From contig JBAWVE010000001.1 in NCBI GenBank assembly GCA_037147435.1, positions 464 through 64,463 of the forward strand: DNA of 64,000 nucleotides, read 5' to 3'. The notes beneath the pieces were generated by a model. It searched no databases and was not told the origin of the DNA. It was given only the letters and a program-made list of their open reading frames with translations. This DNA is from Parachlamydiaceae bacterium (GTDB taxonomy: Bacteria > Chlamydiota > Chlamydiia > Chlamydiales > Parachlamydiaceae). The translations under genes were made by a program, and so were the position numbers. Each line of letters opens with the position of its first letter. Position 1 is the stretch's first letter. This document shows, piece after piece, positions 19,419 to 29,165 of the stretch.

Positions 19419-19868
19419 ATGGCAAAGACAAACTACACAAAAGTTGAAGAAGCGCTGGAGGAAGGCCTGCGTCGAATGGAAGCTGGCAGGCTGCTAGAGA
19501 TCGCCGACGAAACATCCCAGAATATAAAAAAAATAGGGACAAGTAAAACTCCATTACAGAACGAGCAAAAACTTTTGTTAACCGCTCTACGTTATGATTT
19601 AAAACATCTTCACAAGCTGGGAAGGGATCCATTCGCGAAAAGTAGTTTTCACAAAGATGAAGTGATAGAATTCCTTAAACATCCTGATACGATCTCACAA
19701 GAGCAGTGGAAAAAGATTGAAGCATTTAAAAAGCATGTCAGCGACTTTAAAACAGCTTTAGAACACGGAACGCCTGAATCAAAAAATGAGGAGCTGATCG
19801 AAAAACAGAGAAAAGAACAGAGAAACAGACGCTTCAATGTCAACGACAAATGGCTCCCTCTTTCTTAG
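19419..19868 (+). CDS. Hypothetical Lys/Glu-rich protein
   Basis: An ATG at 19419 (MAKTNYTKVEEALEE...) follows AAGGGA. The 77-codon upstream extension in the track (from 19188) runs through the structured intergenic element and looks non-coding. Confidence 0.5.
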   Translation: MAKTNYTKVEEALEEGLRRMEAGRLLEIADETSQNIKKIGTSKTPLQNEQKLLLTALRYDLKHLHKLGRDPFAKSSFHKDEVIEFLKHPDTISQEQWKKIEAFKKHVSDFKTALEHGTPESKNEELIEKQRKEQRNRRFNVNDKWLPLS

Positions 19869-19897
19869 CTACGTGGAATATGAACACACGTGGCTTT

Positions 19898-20488
19898 TCA
19901 AGTACTTTTATACTTTTTAAAATTTACATAGGCTGCAACCATTAACGCTTTTGCCGCTTCACCACAGACAAAAGGGGAAAATCCCAGGGCAAAGCAGTGT
20001 TTAATCCCGACGTATTGCGCCAGCCACAAACTTCCAACACCCAACTGAATGCAGATGGACAATAGCAGAACACTCACGATTTTTACTGATCCCATAGTGC
20101 AGTCCCTCTCCAAGCACCACCCAATAAAATAGGCTTGTGCAACTAAAGCCGTCAAATAACCTCCAGTTGGTCCGACAAAGTAAAAAACGCCTGCGGCCCC
20201 TCCTGCAAAAACAGGCAACCCCATCCATCCCTGTAATAGATAACACAAAACTGCGAGGGCTCCCTTACGGCTTCCCAAAGTAGCCCCAATAAGCATCACA
20301 GCAAGTGTTTGAACGGAGAGAGGAACCGGAGTAAAATATAGAGGGATCTTAATTTGAGCACAAATTCCAATAAAGCACGAGGCTAAAACTATCTGTAATA
20401 TGGAGACAGCCCGTTGATTTTCCAGCAATATTTGAAAAAAATCGTTGATAGCTTTCACTGGCTTTTTACTATTTGTTAACGCTGACAT
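19898..20488 (-). CDS. bioY: Biotin transporter BioY
   Basis: BioY-like pattern PLSVQTLAVMLIGATLGSRKGALAVLCYLLQGWMGLPVFAGG...GPTGGYL. The ATG at 20488 follows GAGGGAAG. Confidence 0.8.
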   Translation of the reverse strand: MSALTNSKKPVKAINDFFQILLENQRAVSILQIVLASCFIGICAQIKIPLYFTPVPLSVQTLAVMLIGATLGSRKGALAVLCYLLQGWMGLPVFAGGAAGVFYFVGPTGGYLTALVAQAYFIGWCLERDCTMGSVKIVSVLLLSICIQLGVGSLWLAQYVGIKHCFALGFSPFVCGEAAKALMVAAYVNFKKYKST

Positions 20489-20710
20489 CTTCCCTCGGCT
20501 GTTTAGCATTTATATAAGTACTAATAATATGCGAATTCCCTTGTATTTTCAAGGAAAAACGGTAGTTTACAAGATTTTGGAAGCGGGGTGTATTTAGCCA
20601 TGATCACTTGCATAGGTAAGTCTTCAGTCAAAAAAATAACATAACAGGATTGGCAGGATGGGTAGGATAAGCAGGATACCTTCGGCCGGTATTTGGTGCT
20701 CCCAAACTCA

Positions 20711-21508
20711 TTACTCTAAAATATGGGCGTAGCCCCACTTTTCAATGATTCGTTTATGTTTTGTTAGCTCCCTTAAGATTGCTCGATTGACTCTTCTTCG
20801 TTCCCCGTTGCTCATCCCTCCCAATTCGATGTGATACCCATGAAGCAACGAGTAGGGATCTGTTTGATCAAACTCTTTAAATTCTTTTACATTTTCTGCT
20901 ACATTTTCTTTGGACAGCGCTTCCCTTAAAAGAGCTTTGTCTTGTTCTGCGATAACAATGCAAAAAAAGGATTCCAGTTTTTCAAACACATGGTCGATGT
21001 TATTTACAAAATCTTCATACCTCAAGAGCAAAAAAATATATGGGCTTGAAAGGATCGGTTCAAATTCATACCACAAAGACATTTGATGAGTCACCAAATC
21101 CCGAATATTATCGTCTAGGTTTTGTTTTGTTTTATCGATACCTAAGGATACTCTGTAAGCAGAAAAACAGGCATCCAAAGGATTTCTGACAGTATAAACA
21201 ATTATATTCTCAGCCTTTTCAGCCTCAAAATAATGGCGCTTATAAACCTTCCGCTGGGGAATCTCTTTATCCCAACAAAGGTTGTACTTCATCTCTTCGC
21301 TTTCAAATAAAAACCGCAAAATATTGAATGCAAAAGTACTCCCAGTCCTGTAAGGAGATAACACAATCGCCCGCTCGTATCCATTCAGGCCATATTGTTG
21401 TGTTCGATCTTCAATACATGTCGCAATATCAATAAATTCAGAACTAAAAACGTCAGTATTTATAAAGAGAAAAATAACGGCAAAAAAATAATATAATGTT
21501 TTTTCCAT
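20711..21508 (-). CDS. Secreted sulfotransferase-family protein
   Basis: 5'-PSB-like motif SPYRTGSTFAFNIL and 3'-PB-like motif VYTVRNPLDACFSAY. Signal-like N-terminus MEKTLYYFFAVIFLFINTDVFS. ATG at 21508. Confidence 0.55.
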   Translation of the reverse strand: MEKTLYYFFAVIFLFINTDVFSSEFIDIATCIEDRTQQYGLNGYERAIVLSPYRTGSTFAFNILRFLFESEEMKYNLCWDKEIPQRKVYKRHYFEAEKAENIIVYTVRNPLDACFSAYRVSLGIDKTKQNLDDNIRDLVTHQMSLWYEFEPILSSPYIFLLLRYEDFVNNIDHVFEKLESFFCIVIAEQDKALLREALSKENVAENVKEFKEFDQTDPYSLLHGYHIELGGMSNGERRRVNRAILRELTKHKRIIEKWGYAHILE

Positions 21509-21527
21509 GGTTGGATTGCAATATTCC

Positions 21528-22739
21528 TTATTTAGTGGGTATCTCAAGATTATTTGACGGATACATCAAGCGCAGGGCCAGGGGCGGTACGAGGGTCGTC
21601 ACGACAATGATAAGAATCAAAGAAGCGTGAACACCATCCCCCAAGACACCGGTACTCATCCCGATGCTTGCAAAGACCAACCCCACTTCCCCGCGAGGGA
21701 TCATTGCTGTTCCTATAATAAGTTTCTCCATAAAACTTTTCTTTATCAAGAAAAAACCTGATAACAATTTTCCAAAAATTGCCACCAACACCAGGGATCC
21801 CGTCAGGGCCCAAATGAATGACGATCCCCAATTGATTTGTGTAAGATCCAGGGATAACCCTACACTGACAAAAAATATCGGAGTAAAGAGTTGTATGATA
21901 GGTCGCATTTGATCTTCGACCCGATCGCAAAACTCTTCTGATACCTTGGGGGTGAAAAATGGAGCAAATGAGGCTTTAGACAGTGCTAGCCCTGCAGCAA
22001 ATCCGCCCAGTAGCTCCGGAGCCCCCGCTTGATGCGCAATCCAGGCGAACAACAAAATAAGGGACACAATTGCCGTTGGCAATAGCCCGGGAATTTTACT
22101 GCTTGCCTCCCACTTTCTGATCACTTCCGCCACATATTTTGCCGCTATCGGAGCAATAAGCAGGAAGAAAGTAATAAAAATAACGACTTTTACCGCGTTC
22201 CACAAATCCACCTGACCACTCGTGGAAAACTCGTAAAGCATTGAAAGCAAGACAATCCCTAGAATGTCGTCCAGAACAGCCGCACCGATGATAATCTGAG
22301 CCTCAGGGCTGCTTTGCCTTCCCAAATCTTTCAATACCCTTAGGGTGATCCCAATACTCGTCGCCGTCAACGTGCACCCAATGAATAAACTCACCAATAA
22401 AGATAAATTAAAAACGTAGTAGCCCACAAGATATCCACCACCCAAGGGCAATAGCACTCCAATGAAAGCTACACTGATTGCACTGACTCCGGCTGCCTTC
22501 AAGCGGCCGAGATCCGTTTCCAGGCCAACTTCAAACAGCAGGAGGATAATCCCTATCTGCGCCAACAATTGAATCGTGCTGTTAGTTTCGACAAAGCCGA
22601 AAATGCTAGGTCCAATCAGGATACCAGCCAGGAGCTCCCCAATGACCGGAGGAATTTGAAAAAAACCTACCAATTCCCCCGCAAATCGAGCTGCAAGTAG
22701 GATAAGGACCAGTTGAATCAAAAATGTTTGTGTTTCCAT
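21528..22739 (-). CDS. Cation:proton antiporter (CPA2/Kef-type Na+/H+ exchanger family)
   Basis: Polytopic membrane protein. N-terminus METQTFLIQLVLILLAARFAGELVGFFQIPPVIGELLAGILIGPS is typical of the Na_H_exchanger family. The ATG at 22739 is chosen over the long track extension. Confidence 0.8.
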   Translation of the reverse strand: METQTFLIQLVLILLAARFAGELVGFFQIPPVIGELLAGILIGPSIFGFVETNSTIQLLAQIGIILLLFEVGLETDLGRLKAAGVSAISVAFIGVLLPLGGGYLVGYYVFNLSLLVSLFIGCTLTATSIGITLRVLKDLGRQSSPEAQIIIGAAVLDDILGIVLLSMLYEFSTSGQVDLWNAVKVVIFITFFLLIAPIAAKYVAEVIRKWEASSKIPGLLPTAIVSLILLFAWIAHQAGAPELLGGFAAGLALSKASFAPFFTPKVSEEFCDRVEDQMRPIIQLFTPIFFVSVGLSLDLTQINWGSSFIWALTGSLVLVAIFGKLLSGFFLIKKSFMEKLIIGTAMIPRGEVGLVFASIGMSTGVLGDGVHASLILIIVVTTLVPPLALRLMYPSNNLEIPTK

Positions 22740-22752
22740 ATTTATACGCCCA

Positions 22753-23832
22753 TTACCTGTTATACGCCGCCACAATATCCTTCTTGATATCTGCAAATTG
22801 CCGTTCTTCACCAAAGGTATATGTGTAGACTTCTTTTCGGACGGCAGTAAAACGTTCCTGGTCATTAGGTAGATTGACTTCAATAAACTTATAAATCAAG
22901 GGATAAGCATCGGGCTTGATTTCGACTCCACAGCGAAAGAGGTAGAGTCCACGATCTGTTTTAGAATCACGTCGTTGCTTATTCAGGAAAAACATGGGTT
23001 TATTGAATGGAAGAAAATCGTACCCGACTGAAGACATATCTCCAAGGTAAATGTCGGTACATGCCAGCAGCGGATACACAAGCGGGAAATCTTTAAGGAA
23101 CACAATATTGGGTTTGTGTTCAAACTTGCCGATGATATGATAATAGTGTGCCATATCATCCAATTCCAATCTTGGGTGCAGCTTGACAATCAGGTTATAA
23201 TCATCGGGAAGGTTACCGAGAATATAGGAATAAGCTTCGAAGAATGTTGTCGATTCCTCCAGATCCAGCCATGTGGGTGCATAAAGAATTATCGGCTGTT
23301 TCCTGGCAAAACGACTGAGTACTTCTTTAGCAACGATATCGTCGTAAAATTCCCGGTATTGCTTGAAATAGGTGTAGCGATAGTTTCCTGTGATGACATA
23401 CTCATTTAGATCGTCGAAGACTTCATAATGCTTCAATTGGTCGATCATATTCTGACCATAAATCAGCGTGATATCCTCTTGTACACACTTTTTAAGGTAA
23501 AACCCCTTATCAGAAAATCCATGCGGACAATGCACATGACGCAGTGATTTATTGTACTGTTTTTCCAACGAGGCATATTTTTCATGAAATGTTTTTCGAT
23601 CCCAAAGGTCAGACATAAACAGGACGTCATAATTCGCAATCAGGTATTCCGGGGTCAAATCTTGATAGTCGACAGCCAGCGCTTCTAATCCAGGGTAGTA
23701 ACGCACTCCCAGTGCATAGTCATTGGGATCAATGAAAATAAGAGGGATATCCATCAACACACAAATAACAGCCAGGTGGTCGATATAATGGATCTGTGCT
23801 GAGGGATTGATCCCCACACACTTTTTTTTCAT
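22753..23832 (-). CDS. CDP-glycerol glycerophosphotransferase (TagB/TagF) family protein
   Basis: Family-like motifs PIILYAPTW, LIVKLHPRLE and TDIYLGDMSSVGYDFLPFNKPMFFLN. Confidence 0.6.
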   Translation of the reverse strand: MKKKCVGINPSAQIHYIDHLAVICVLMDIPLIFIDPNDYALGVRYYPGLEALAVDYQDLTPEYLIANYDVLFMSDLWDRKTFHEKYASLEKQYNKSLRHVHCPHGFSDKGFYLKKCVQEDITLIYGQNMIDQLKHYEVFDDLNEYVITGNYRYTYFKQYREFYDDIVAKEVLSRFARKQPIILYAPTWLDLEESTTFFEAYSYILGNLPDDYNLIVKLHPRLELDDMAHYYHIIGKFEHKPNIVFLKDFPLVYPLLACTDIYLGDMSSVGYDFLPFNKPMFFLNKQRRDSKTDRGLYLFRCGVEIKPDAYPLIYKFIEVNLPNDQERFTAVRKEVYTYTFGEERQFADIKKDIVAAYNR

Positions 23833-23833
23833 G

Positions 23834-24916
23834 CTAAACCAACAACTTCACATTTTTGAGAGCTTGATGAATGAGTTCAGATCGTTTATGAGGGATCTCA
23901 GGTTGACTCAGTTTTTCTCCACACTGATGCAGTATATGAGCGCGCCGACAGTTAAAGAAAAGTTCATTAAGCTCTCGATTATCAATACCGGACACCCATC
24001 CGGCTTCACAACCAAGCTTCAAAAGGCTAAGAGCATTAAGTGCTTCTATTGCCTCAATTTGGTAGGAATGGACCAATATCCCGTAAGAACGGCTGACTCT
24101 GTCTTTGAAGTCAGCGCTGTCTTCCCGCTTAATTTGATTCCGTGCACTGATTTCCTCAGCAAGAACCTTCGTTGTAAAATTCCTCATTGACGAAATAATA
24201 TTCTCTTCGGAAACACCCAACGTATAATTGTTGCGCACCATTAATACATCCCCAATAATTTCGTTGGGATTGCCTTGAATGCCGGTTATATATAAGGAGT
24301 CATCAGCAAGTTTGTCCAAAACATCATCAACTTTTCCGGTATGAATCAAACCGGTCAACTGGAGGTAGACGGTCACAACAAGCGCGGTCCCACACTGCGT
24401 TGGATCCGCTGTTAAAAATCCAAACTTTGGCAGAAAAGAGTAGTTGATCGATTTTTCCAGAGTGGTTTCCATTTTAAGCAGTCGATTCCATGTGTGTTCC
24501 AATTCGCCCTTGCAGTCAATAAACTGGAGGTGGATATGATCCCCCATATTTAGCGTGGCTAAAAACTCTCCTGTCTCATCCAGAACAAAGCCTTCTCCAG
24601 CATGCGCCTGATTATAATTCTGGATAGACAGAAAGTGTTCAACAAGAAACTCTTTTTCAAGGGCTCCAATATCCTCAGCCTTGATCAATACCGGGTTGAC
24701 AAGCCCATCAGCACTAGAGACGTCTTTGGATAACAGTTCCTTACCGACAAGCGAGATGATCTGCTGCTTACGATCGGTCCCCAACTTTCCCGGGAACTTA
24801 AATTTCTCAACATTTCTATGCAGGCCGATGGTCGAGACTAACCAAATGGGATTGCTGTTATTACTCCACGGCTTATTTTGAAAAATAATAGGATTTGGCA
24901 CGTTATTTGAGTTCAT
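23834..24916 (-). CDS. mcsB: Protein arginine kinase (ATP:guanido phosphotransferase) McsB
   Basis: 360 aa. Guanido-kinase active-site-like region DPTQCGTALVVTVYLQLTGL. Its start overlaps the end of the UVR-domain gene upstream in the operon. Confidence 0.8.
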   Translation of the reverse strand: MNSNNVPNPIIFQNKPWSNNSNPIWLVSTIGLHRNVEKFKFPGKLGTDRKQQIISLVGKELLSKDVSSADGLVNPVLIKAEDIGALEKEFLVEHFLSIQNYNQAHAGEGFVLDETGEFLATLNMGDHIHLQFIDCKGELEHTWNRLLKMETTLEKSINYSFLPKFGFLTADPTQCGTALVVTVYLQLTGLIHTGKVDDVLDKLADDSLYITGIQGNPNEIIGDVLMVRNNYTLGVSEENIISSMRNFTTKVLAEEISARNQIKREDSADFKDRVSRSYGILVHSYQIEAIEALNALSLLKLGCEAGWVSGIDNRELNELFFNCRRAHILHQCGEKLSQPEIPHKRSELIHQALKNVKLLV

Positions 24917-25478
24917 CCGAACCCTCCTGATACTCTGAAATAGCCTTAATCTGATCCCGTAATAATGCTGCTTGCTCGTAGTCTTCTTTTTTGAGTGTCT
25001 CGTTCAATGCCTCATTCAAAGCCAACAAGCGCAGTGACGGATTGATTTTCTGTGTTTGTCCCGGCACTCGTCCTATATGGATCGGTCCCGATTTCTTTAC
25101 GGTTGTCAAGCGTATTGGCACCTTTTCTGAAGCAATAATTTCAACTAGGAGAGCGTCATCAAAAACTTCATAACAGCCACTGCATCCCAAAGGAATACCA
25201 ACTCGCAATGATTCAAGGGTTGTTCCGCAATTTCCACAAGTCAATCCAGCAGCCACTTCCTCCAGAATATCAGTGCGGCGGCTTGGATTGCCATACAGCC
25301 GGCGATGAAGCTCCGGACAATCCGCACACATACTGGTGCGGGTGATATTGCCTTCAACAATTTCCGTATAACACACAGAAATCTGCTTTTTACATTCGCT
25401 GCACTCGAGCGGCCGCTCCGGCAATATTTCTTCATCGTCATTATTTTCAGGCTCTTCGCCACCCAAGTCGCTACTCAT
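24903..25478 (-). CDS. mcsA: McsA-like protein (Cys-rich zinc-finger repeats plus a UVR motif), activator of McsB
   Basis: Repeated CxxC pairs (CSECKK...CADCPE and CGNCGT...CSGCYE) and a UVR motif EDYEQAALLRDQIKAI. Overlaps mcsB by 14 nt. Confidence 0.75.
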   Translation of the reverse strand: MSSDLGGEEPENNDDEEILPERPLECSECKKQISVCYTEIVEGNITRTSMCADCPELHRRLYGNPSRRTDILEEVAAGLTCGNCGTTLESLRVGIPLGCSGCYEVFDDALLVEIIASEKVPIRLTTVKKSGPIHIGRVPGQTQKINPSLRLLALNEALNETLKKEDYEQAALLRDQIKAISEYQEGSDELK

Positions 25479-25545
25479 ATTGTGTCACCCCTTTCTCAAC
25501 TATTCCCAATATAGTCATTTTGGAAAAAAGTGCAAAGCTAAAGCG

Positions 25546-26796
25546 TTATTCGAACGGGGTATTTACGCCGTAAAGATGGAAAAAGCCTGTTTTTAAGACC
25601 GTATCGACATCTGCAAGAGAACGCGCTACCTCGTGCTTCACAAGTCCTTGAGCAATTTCTTTCGATTTTTTTAGGAAGCTCTCTGCTAATGTTGCCCCCA
25701 CTGTTTGCTGTTTTCGAAGATGGCTGAAATAGTCCTTAATCTTAAGGTCTTTATCAGGATCCTTGCTCAGCAGTTTCCATGGAATACATTCTTCAAGCAA
25801 CCCTTGAAGCTGTCCACCATCACTATAAGGCTCATACGTTTGCTTTTTTGCATCGTATACGCTCACCGGGCGTCCTTCTTTATAGTGGAAAAAGCCATTT
25901 TTTTGACTGCCGTCTGGATTCTGACCGCCCTTAATTCCTTGACGCAACATCTCTTCAATCATAGGGCTGATAAAAACCATTCCAGGAAGATACTTAGTCA
26001 TGATAGTTGCAATATGGTGACACACATCAATCCCAACATAATCAACCAACTGAAAAATCCCCATTGGCCTTAACAGAAACTCCTGTGTCACTCGATTAAC
26101 AGTGCACAAGGCTTCTAAAGGGGTCATTTTAGATTGTAATTCCCCAACGCACTGGTCTGCCTCAATAATTTCCCGAATAAAGTGTCCGTTGCCTATAAAA
26201 CCGGCAACATCATTGGAAAAAACGACAACTTTCTGCAAACGACGCCCAATAGCTGATGCTAGGTCTATCAGGCGCGCATCAATCACTTCGGGAACGATAA
26301 TTTCCACTAATTTTTGCACAGCTGGAGGATTATAAAAATGAAACCCTATCAATCTCCCGGCTAATCTACTTTTCTGTTGCAACACACAAATCGGAATTGA
26401 TGAAGTATTTGAAAAAAAGAACGCCTTTCCTTCAGTCTGCTTATCCATATCTTGAAGCACTCGCGCTTTCACCCCAATATCTTCAATGATGGCTTCAAAA
26501 ATTATCGTGGATCCATGACATTCTTCCACAGAGGTCACAAAACGCACTTGCTTCAACGCTCTTTCTACAAATTCCTCTTTACTCTCAGAAATATGAATTC
26601 TGTCTGCATAGCGCCCTAAATGTTCTCTCAAATATTTCTTCAGTCCTTCGAACCCGTGGGGGTTTGTATCCAGCAGGGTCAAAACAGCGTTTTCCATCAT
26701 CGCCATTTCCTGGAGCAATAGCAGCGCAATGCCGCTTCCCATTTTCCCTACCGCACCCAGCACTACTACCTGTTGCCACTCAGCCTGTGTGTTCAT
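25546..26796 (-). CDS. 3-hydroxyacyl-CoA dehydrogenase family protein
   Basis: NAD-binding N-terminus VVVLGAVGKMGSGIALLL and family motif GFHFYNPPAVQKLVEII, followed by the C-terminal helical domain. Confidence 0.75.
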   Translation of the reverse strand: MNTQAEWQQVVVLGAVGKMGSGIALLLLQEMAMMENAVLTLLDTNPHGFEGLKKYLREHLGRYADRIHISESKEEFVERALKQVRFVTSVEECHGSTIIFEAIIEDIGVKARVLQDMDKQTEGKAFFFSNTSSIPICVLQQKSRLAGRLIGFHFYNPPAVQKLVEIIVPEVIDARLIDLASAIGRRLQKVVVFSNDVAGFIGNGHFIREIIEADQCVGELQSKMTPLEALCTVNRVTQEFLLRPMGIFQLVDYVGIDVCHHIATIMTKYLPGMVFISPMIEEMLRQGIKGGQNPDGSQKNGFFHYKEGRPVSVYDAKKQTYEPYSDGGQLQGLLEECIPWKLLSKDPDKDLKIKDYFSHLRKQQTVGATLAESFLKKSKEIAQGLVKHEVARSLADVDTVLKTGFFHLYGVNTPFE

Positions 26797-26922
26797 AACC
26801 CCTCGTATTTGATATGCATTTGAACTCTAGCATTTTCAACAATTTCTCCCACAGAATTCTAGATAATAGCCAGCGGGTCCCCTGAAAAAAATATACAGGA
26901 AAAAATTGCCTCTAAATATTTG

Positions 26923-27042
26923 AACGCGAAGATCGCGAACCCAGCGAAGGTAAGGCGAAGGTCTTTCTACGAAGATCAAGACCGGTTTTTCATAACAGAA
27001 AAATCCTCGCGTTATCTTCGCCTGATTCGCGATCTTCGCGTT
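26923..27042. promoter_or_regulatory. Inverted-repeat and CGAAG-repeat cluster in the divergent promoter region upstream of prpB; candidate operator
   Basis: A perfect 17-bp inverted repeat aacgcgaagatcgcgaa (26923-26939) pairs with ttcgcgatcttcgcgtt (27026-27042). Related half-sites lie inside: gcgaagg at 26944 and 26955, cgaagatc at 26970, and atcttcgcc at 27014. Confidence 0.4.
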
Positions 27043-27119
27043 AAATAAATTTTTATCTACTGAAGCCACTGAAGAATTGCTATTGAAGAGAAATTGCCAA
27101 TGCAAGATAACCAAAGAAT

Positions 27120-27995
27120 ATGAACAAGAGATCAACACCCAAAAGCCCCGGGCAGAAATTCAGAGAAGCTCTTACCCGGGAAAAACCCTTGCAAATCGTC
27201 GGCACCATCAATGCCTACGCAGCCATCATGGCTGATGCCGCGGGATTCCAGGCTCTCTACCTATCAGGGGCCGGTATCGCCAATGCTTCCTATGGGCTGC
27301 CAGACCTCGGGGTGACCACACTGGATAATGTACTGGAAGATGCCAGACGCATCACAAGCGTCGTCGATCTCCCCCTGTTGGTCGATATCGACACCGGATG
27401 GGGAAGCCTCATGATGACTGCCCGTGCCGTCCATGAGATGGAACGCGCTGGTGTCGCTGCTGTCCACATTGAAGACCAACCTTTTGAAAAACGGTGCGGC
27501 CATCGCCCGAACAAAAAAGTCATCCCGCAAGAAGATATGTCTGATAGAATTAAAGCGGCTGTCGACGCGCGAAATGATCCAGCATTCGTCATTATGGCGC
27601 GCACAGACGCCTTTGCTGATGAGGGACTTGACCGGACCATTGAGCGGTGTCTCGCCTATGAAGCTGCCGGCGCAGACATGCTTTTTATCGAGGCCCTGAC
27701 TTCCCTTGATGAATACAAACAATGCGTCAAAACCCTCTCTAGGCCAATTCTTGCCAATATCACAGAATTCGGAAAAACACCGCTTTTTACCAAAGACGAG
27801 CTTGCTCATGTCGGAGTCAGCCTCATTCTCTATCCACTATCCGCGTGGCGCGCCATGAACCTGGCTGCCCTTAAGGTATACCGCGCAATTCGTGAAACGG
27901 GATCACAAAAGCTTATGTTAGATCAAATGCAAACTCGGGAGGAACTCTACGGATTCCTCGATTATGAAACCTACGAAAAAAAATTGAGGGACTGA
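27120..27995 (+). CDS. prpB: 2-methylisocitrate lyase
   Basis: ICL/PEP-mutase family with the catalytic loop EDQPFEKRCGHRPNKK. First gene of a prpB-prpC-prpD array. Confidence 0.9.
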   Translation: MNKRSTPKSPGQKFREALTREKPLQIVGTINAYAAIMADAAGFQALYLSGAGIANASYGLPDLGVTTLDNVLEDARRITSVVDLPLLVDIDTGWGSLMMTARAVHEMERAGVAAVHIEDQPFEKRCGHRPNKKVIPQEDMSDRIKAAVDARNDPAFVIMARTDAFADEGLDRTIERCLAYEAAGADMLFIEALTSLDEYKQCVKTLSRPILANITEFGKTPLFTKDELAHVGVSLILYPLSAWRAMNLAALKVYRAIRETGSQKLMLDQMQTREELYGFLDYETYEKKLRD

Positions 27996-29128
27996 TGGAA
28001 GAAGCAAAGAAAAAAATTGGTGGTCTTGCAGGTGTTGTCGTTGGAGACTCCGCTATTTGCCTATGCAGTGCCGAAGATGAAAACTTACTGTATCGCGGAT
28101 ACGCCATACGTGATCTTGCACAGCATGCTTGTTTTGAAGAGGTTGCCTGGCTGCTGCTGCGTGGTGAACTTCCCACAGCGGATCAACTTAAAACATATAA
28201 ACGGCATCTAAAAGGATTGCGCGACCTCCCTGACGCCTTAAAAACGATTTTAAGAAATATTCCAGCAACTGCCTTGATGATGGATGTCCTCCGCACGGGG
28301 TGCTCCGCCCTCGGGACCCTGGAACCTGAAACAAAAGACACTCCAGAATTTTACATTGCAGACCGCCTCATTGCTTCCTTCCCCTCAATGTTGTTCTATT
28401 GGCATCGTTTTCATCGGGATGGCGGCGCCCCTCTCCTCAATATCGAAGATGACTCCGTTGCTGGATATTTCCTGCATCTTCTTTTCGGAACACCCCCTAA
28501 TGATGCCATTAAACGTTGCCTGGATGTATCCCTCGTCCTCTATGCCGAACATGAATTCAATGCCTCAACATTCACTGTCCGTACAATCGCCTCAACCCTT
28601 TCCGACTTTTATTCGGCAATATGCGGTGGAATCGGCGCCTTACGCGGCCCCCTCCACGGTGGCGCCAACGAACAAGCTCTGGAACTTCTCATGAAATTCA
28701 AAGATGCGACCGAGGCTGAACAAGGAGTACTCGATATGATCGAACGAAAAGAGCTTGTCATGGGATTCGGCCACCGTGTCTACACAACTTGCGATCCTCG
28801 CTCCGCCATCATCAAATGGTGGGCAGAAAAACTCAGCCGCACAGTAGATGACGGTGACCTTTTTGCAGAAGCAGAACAGATCGAACGTGTGATGTGGGAG
28901 AAAAAGCATCTGTTTCCCAACCTGGATTTCTATAGCGCATTAGCTTACCATTTCTGCCTCATCCCCACTCAGATGTTCACTCCATTGTTTGTGATGTCGC
29001 GGATCGCCGGCTGGTCTGCACATCTTCTGGAACAAAGAGCCCATAATAAATTGATCCGCCCAGCCAGCAACTACGTTGGACCTCACTCACGTCCGTGGCA
29101 CTACATTAGCGACAGGATTCAGTACTAG
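27995..29128 (+). CDS. prpC: 2-methylcitrate synthase
   Basis: Citrate synthase family signatures GPLHGGANE and GFGHRVYTTCDPR. Start overlaps the prpB stop. Confidence 0.9.
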   Translation: MEEAKKKIGGLAGVVVGDSAICLCSAEDENLLYRGYAIRDLAQHACFEEVAWLLLRGELPTADQLKTYKRHLKGLRDLPDALKTILRNIPATALMMDVLRTGCSALGTLEPETKDTPEFYIADRLIASFPSMLFYWHRFHRDGGAPLLNIEDDSVAGYFLHLLFGTPPNDAIKRCLDVSLVLYAEHEFNASTFTVRTIASTLSDFYSAICGGIGALRGPLHGGANEQALELLMKFKDATEAEQGVLDMIERKELVMGFGHRVYTTCDPRSAIIKWWAEKLSRTVDDGDLFAEAEQIERVMWEKKHLFPNLDFYSALAYHFCLIPTQMFTPLFVMSRIAGWSAHLLEQRAHNKLIRPASNYVGPHSRPWHYISDRIQY

Positions 29129-29165
29129 TGCACAACTAAGTTTTAATTTTAGGGTTTACTAGCCT

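Noticed and set aside
26836-27138. 100-aa minus-strand ORF in the prpB upstream region
   Set aside because: It spans the repeat-rich intergenic promoter region and has an odd composition. There is no start context.
27264-28909. Long antisense or off-frame ORFs inside prpB and prpC (for example 27264-27809, 28284-28694)
   Set aside because: They overlap strongly supported enzymes and are Ala/Ser/Pro-rich shadow frames.
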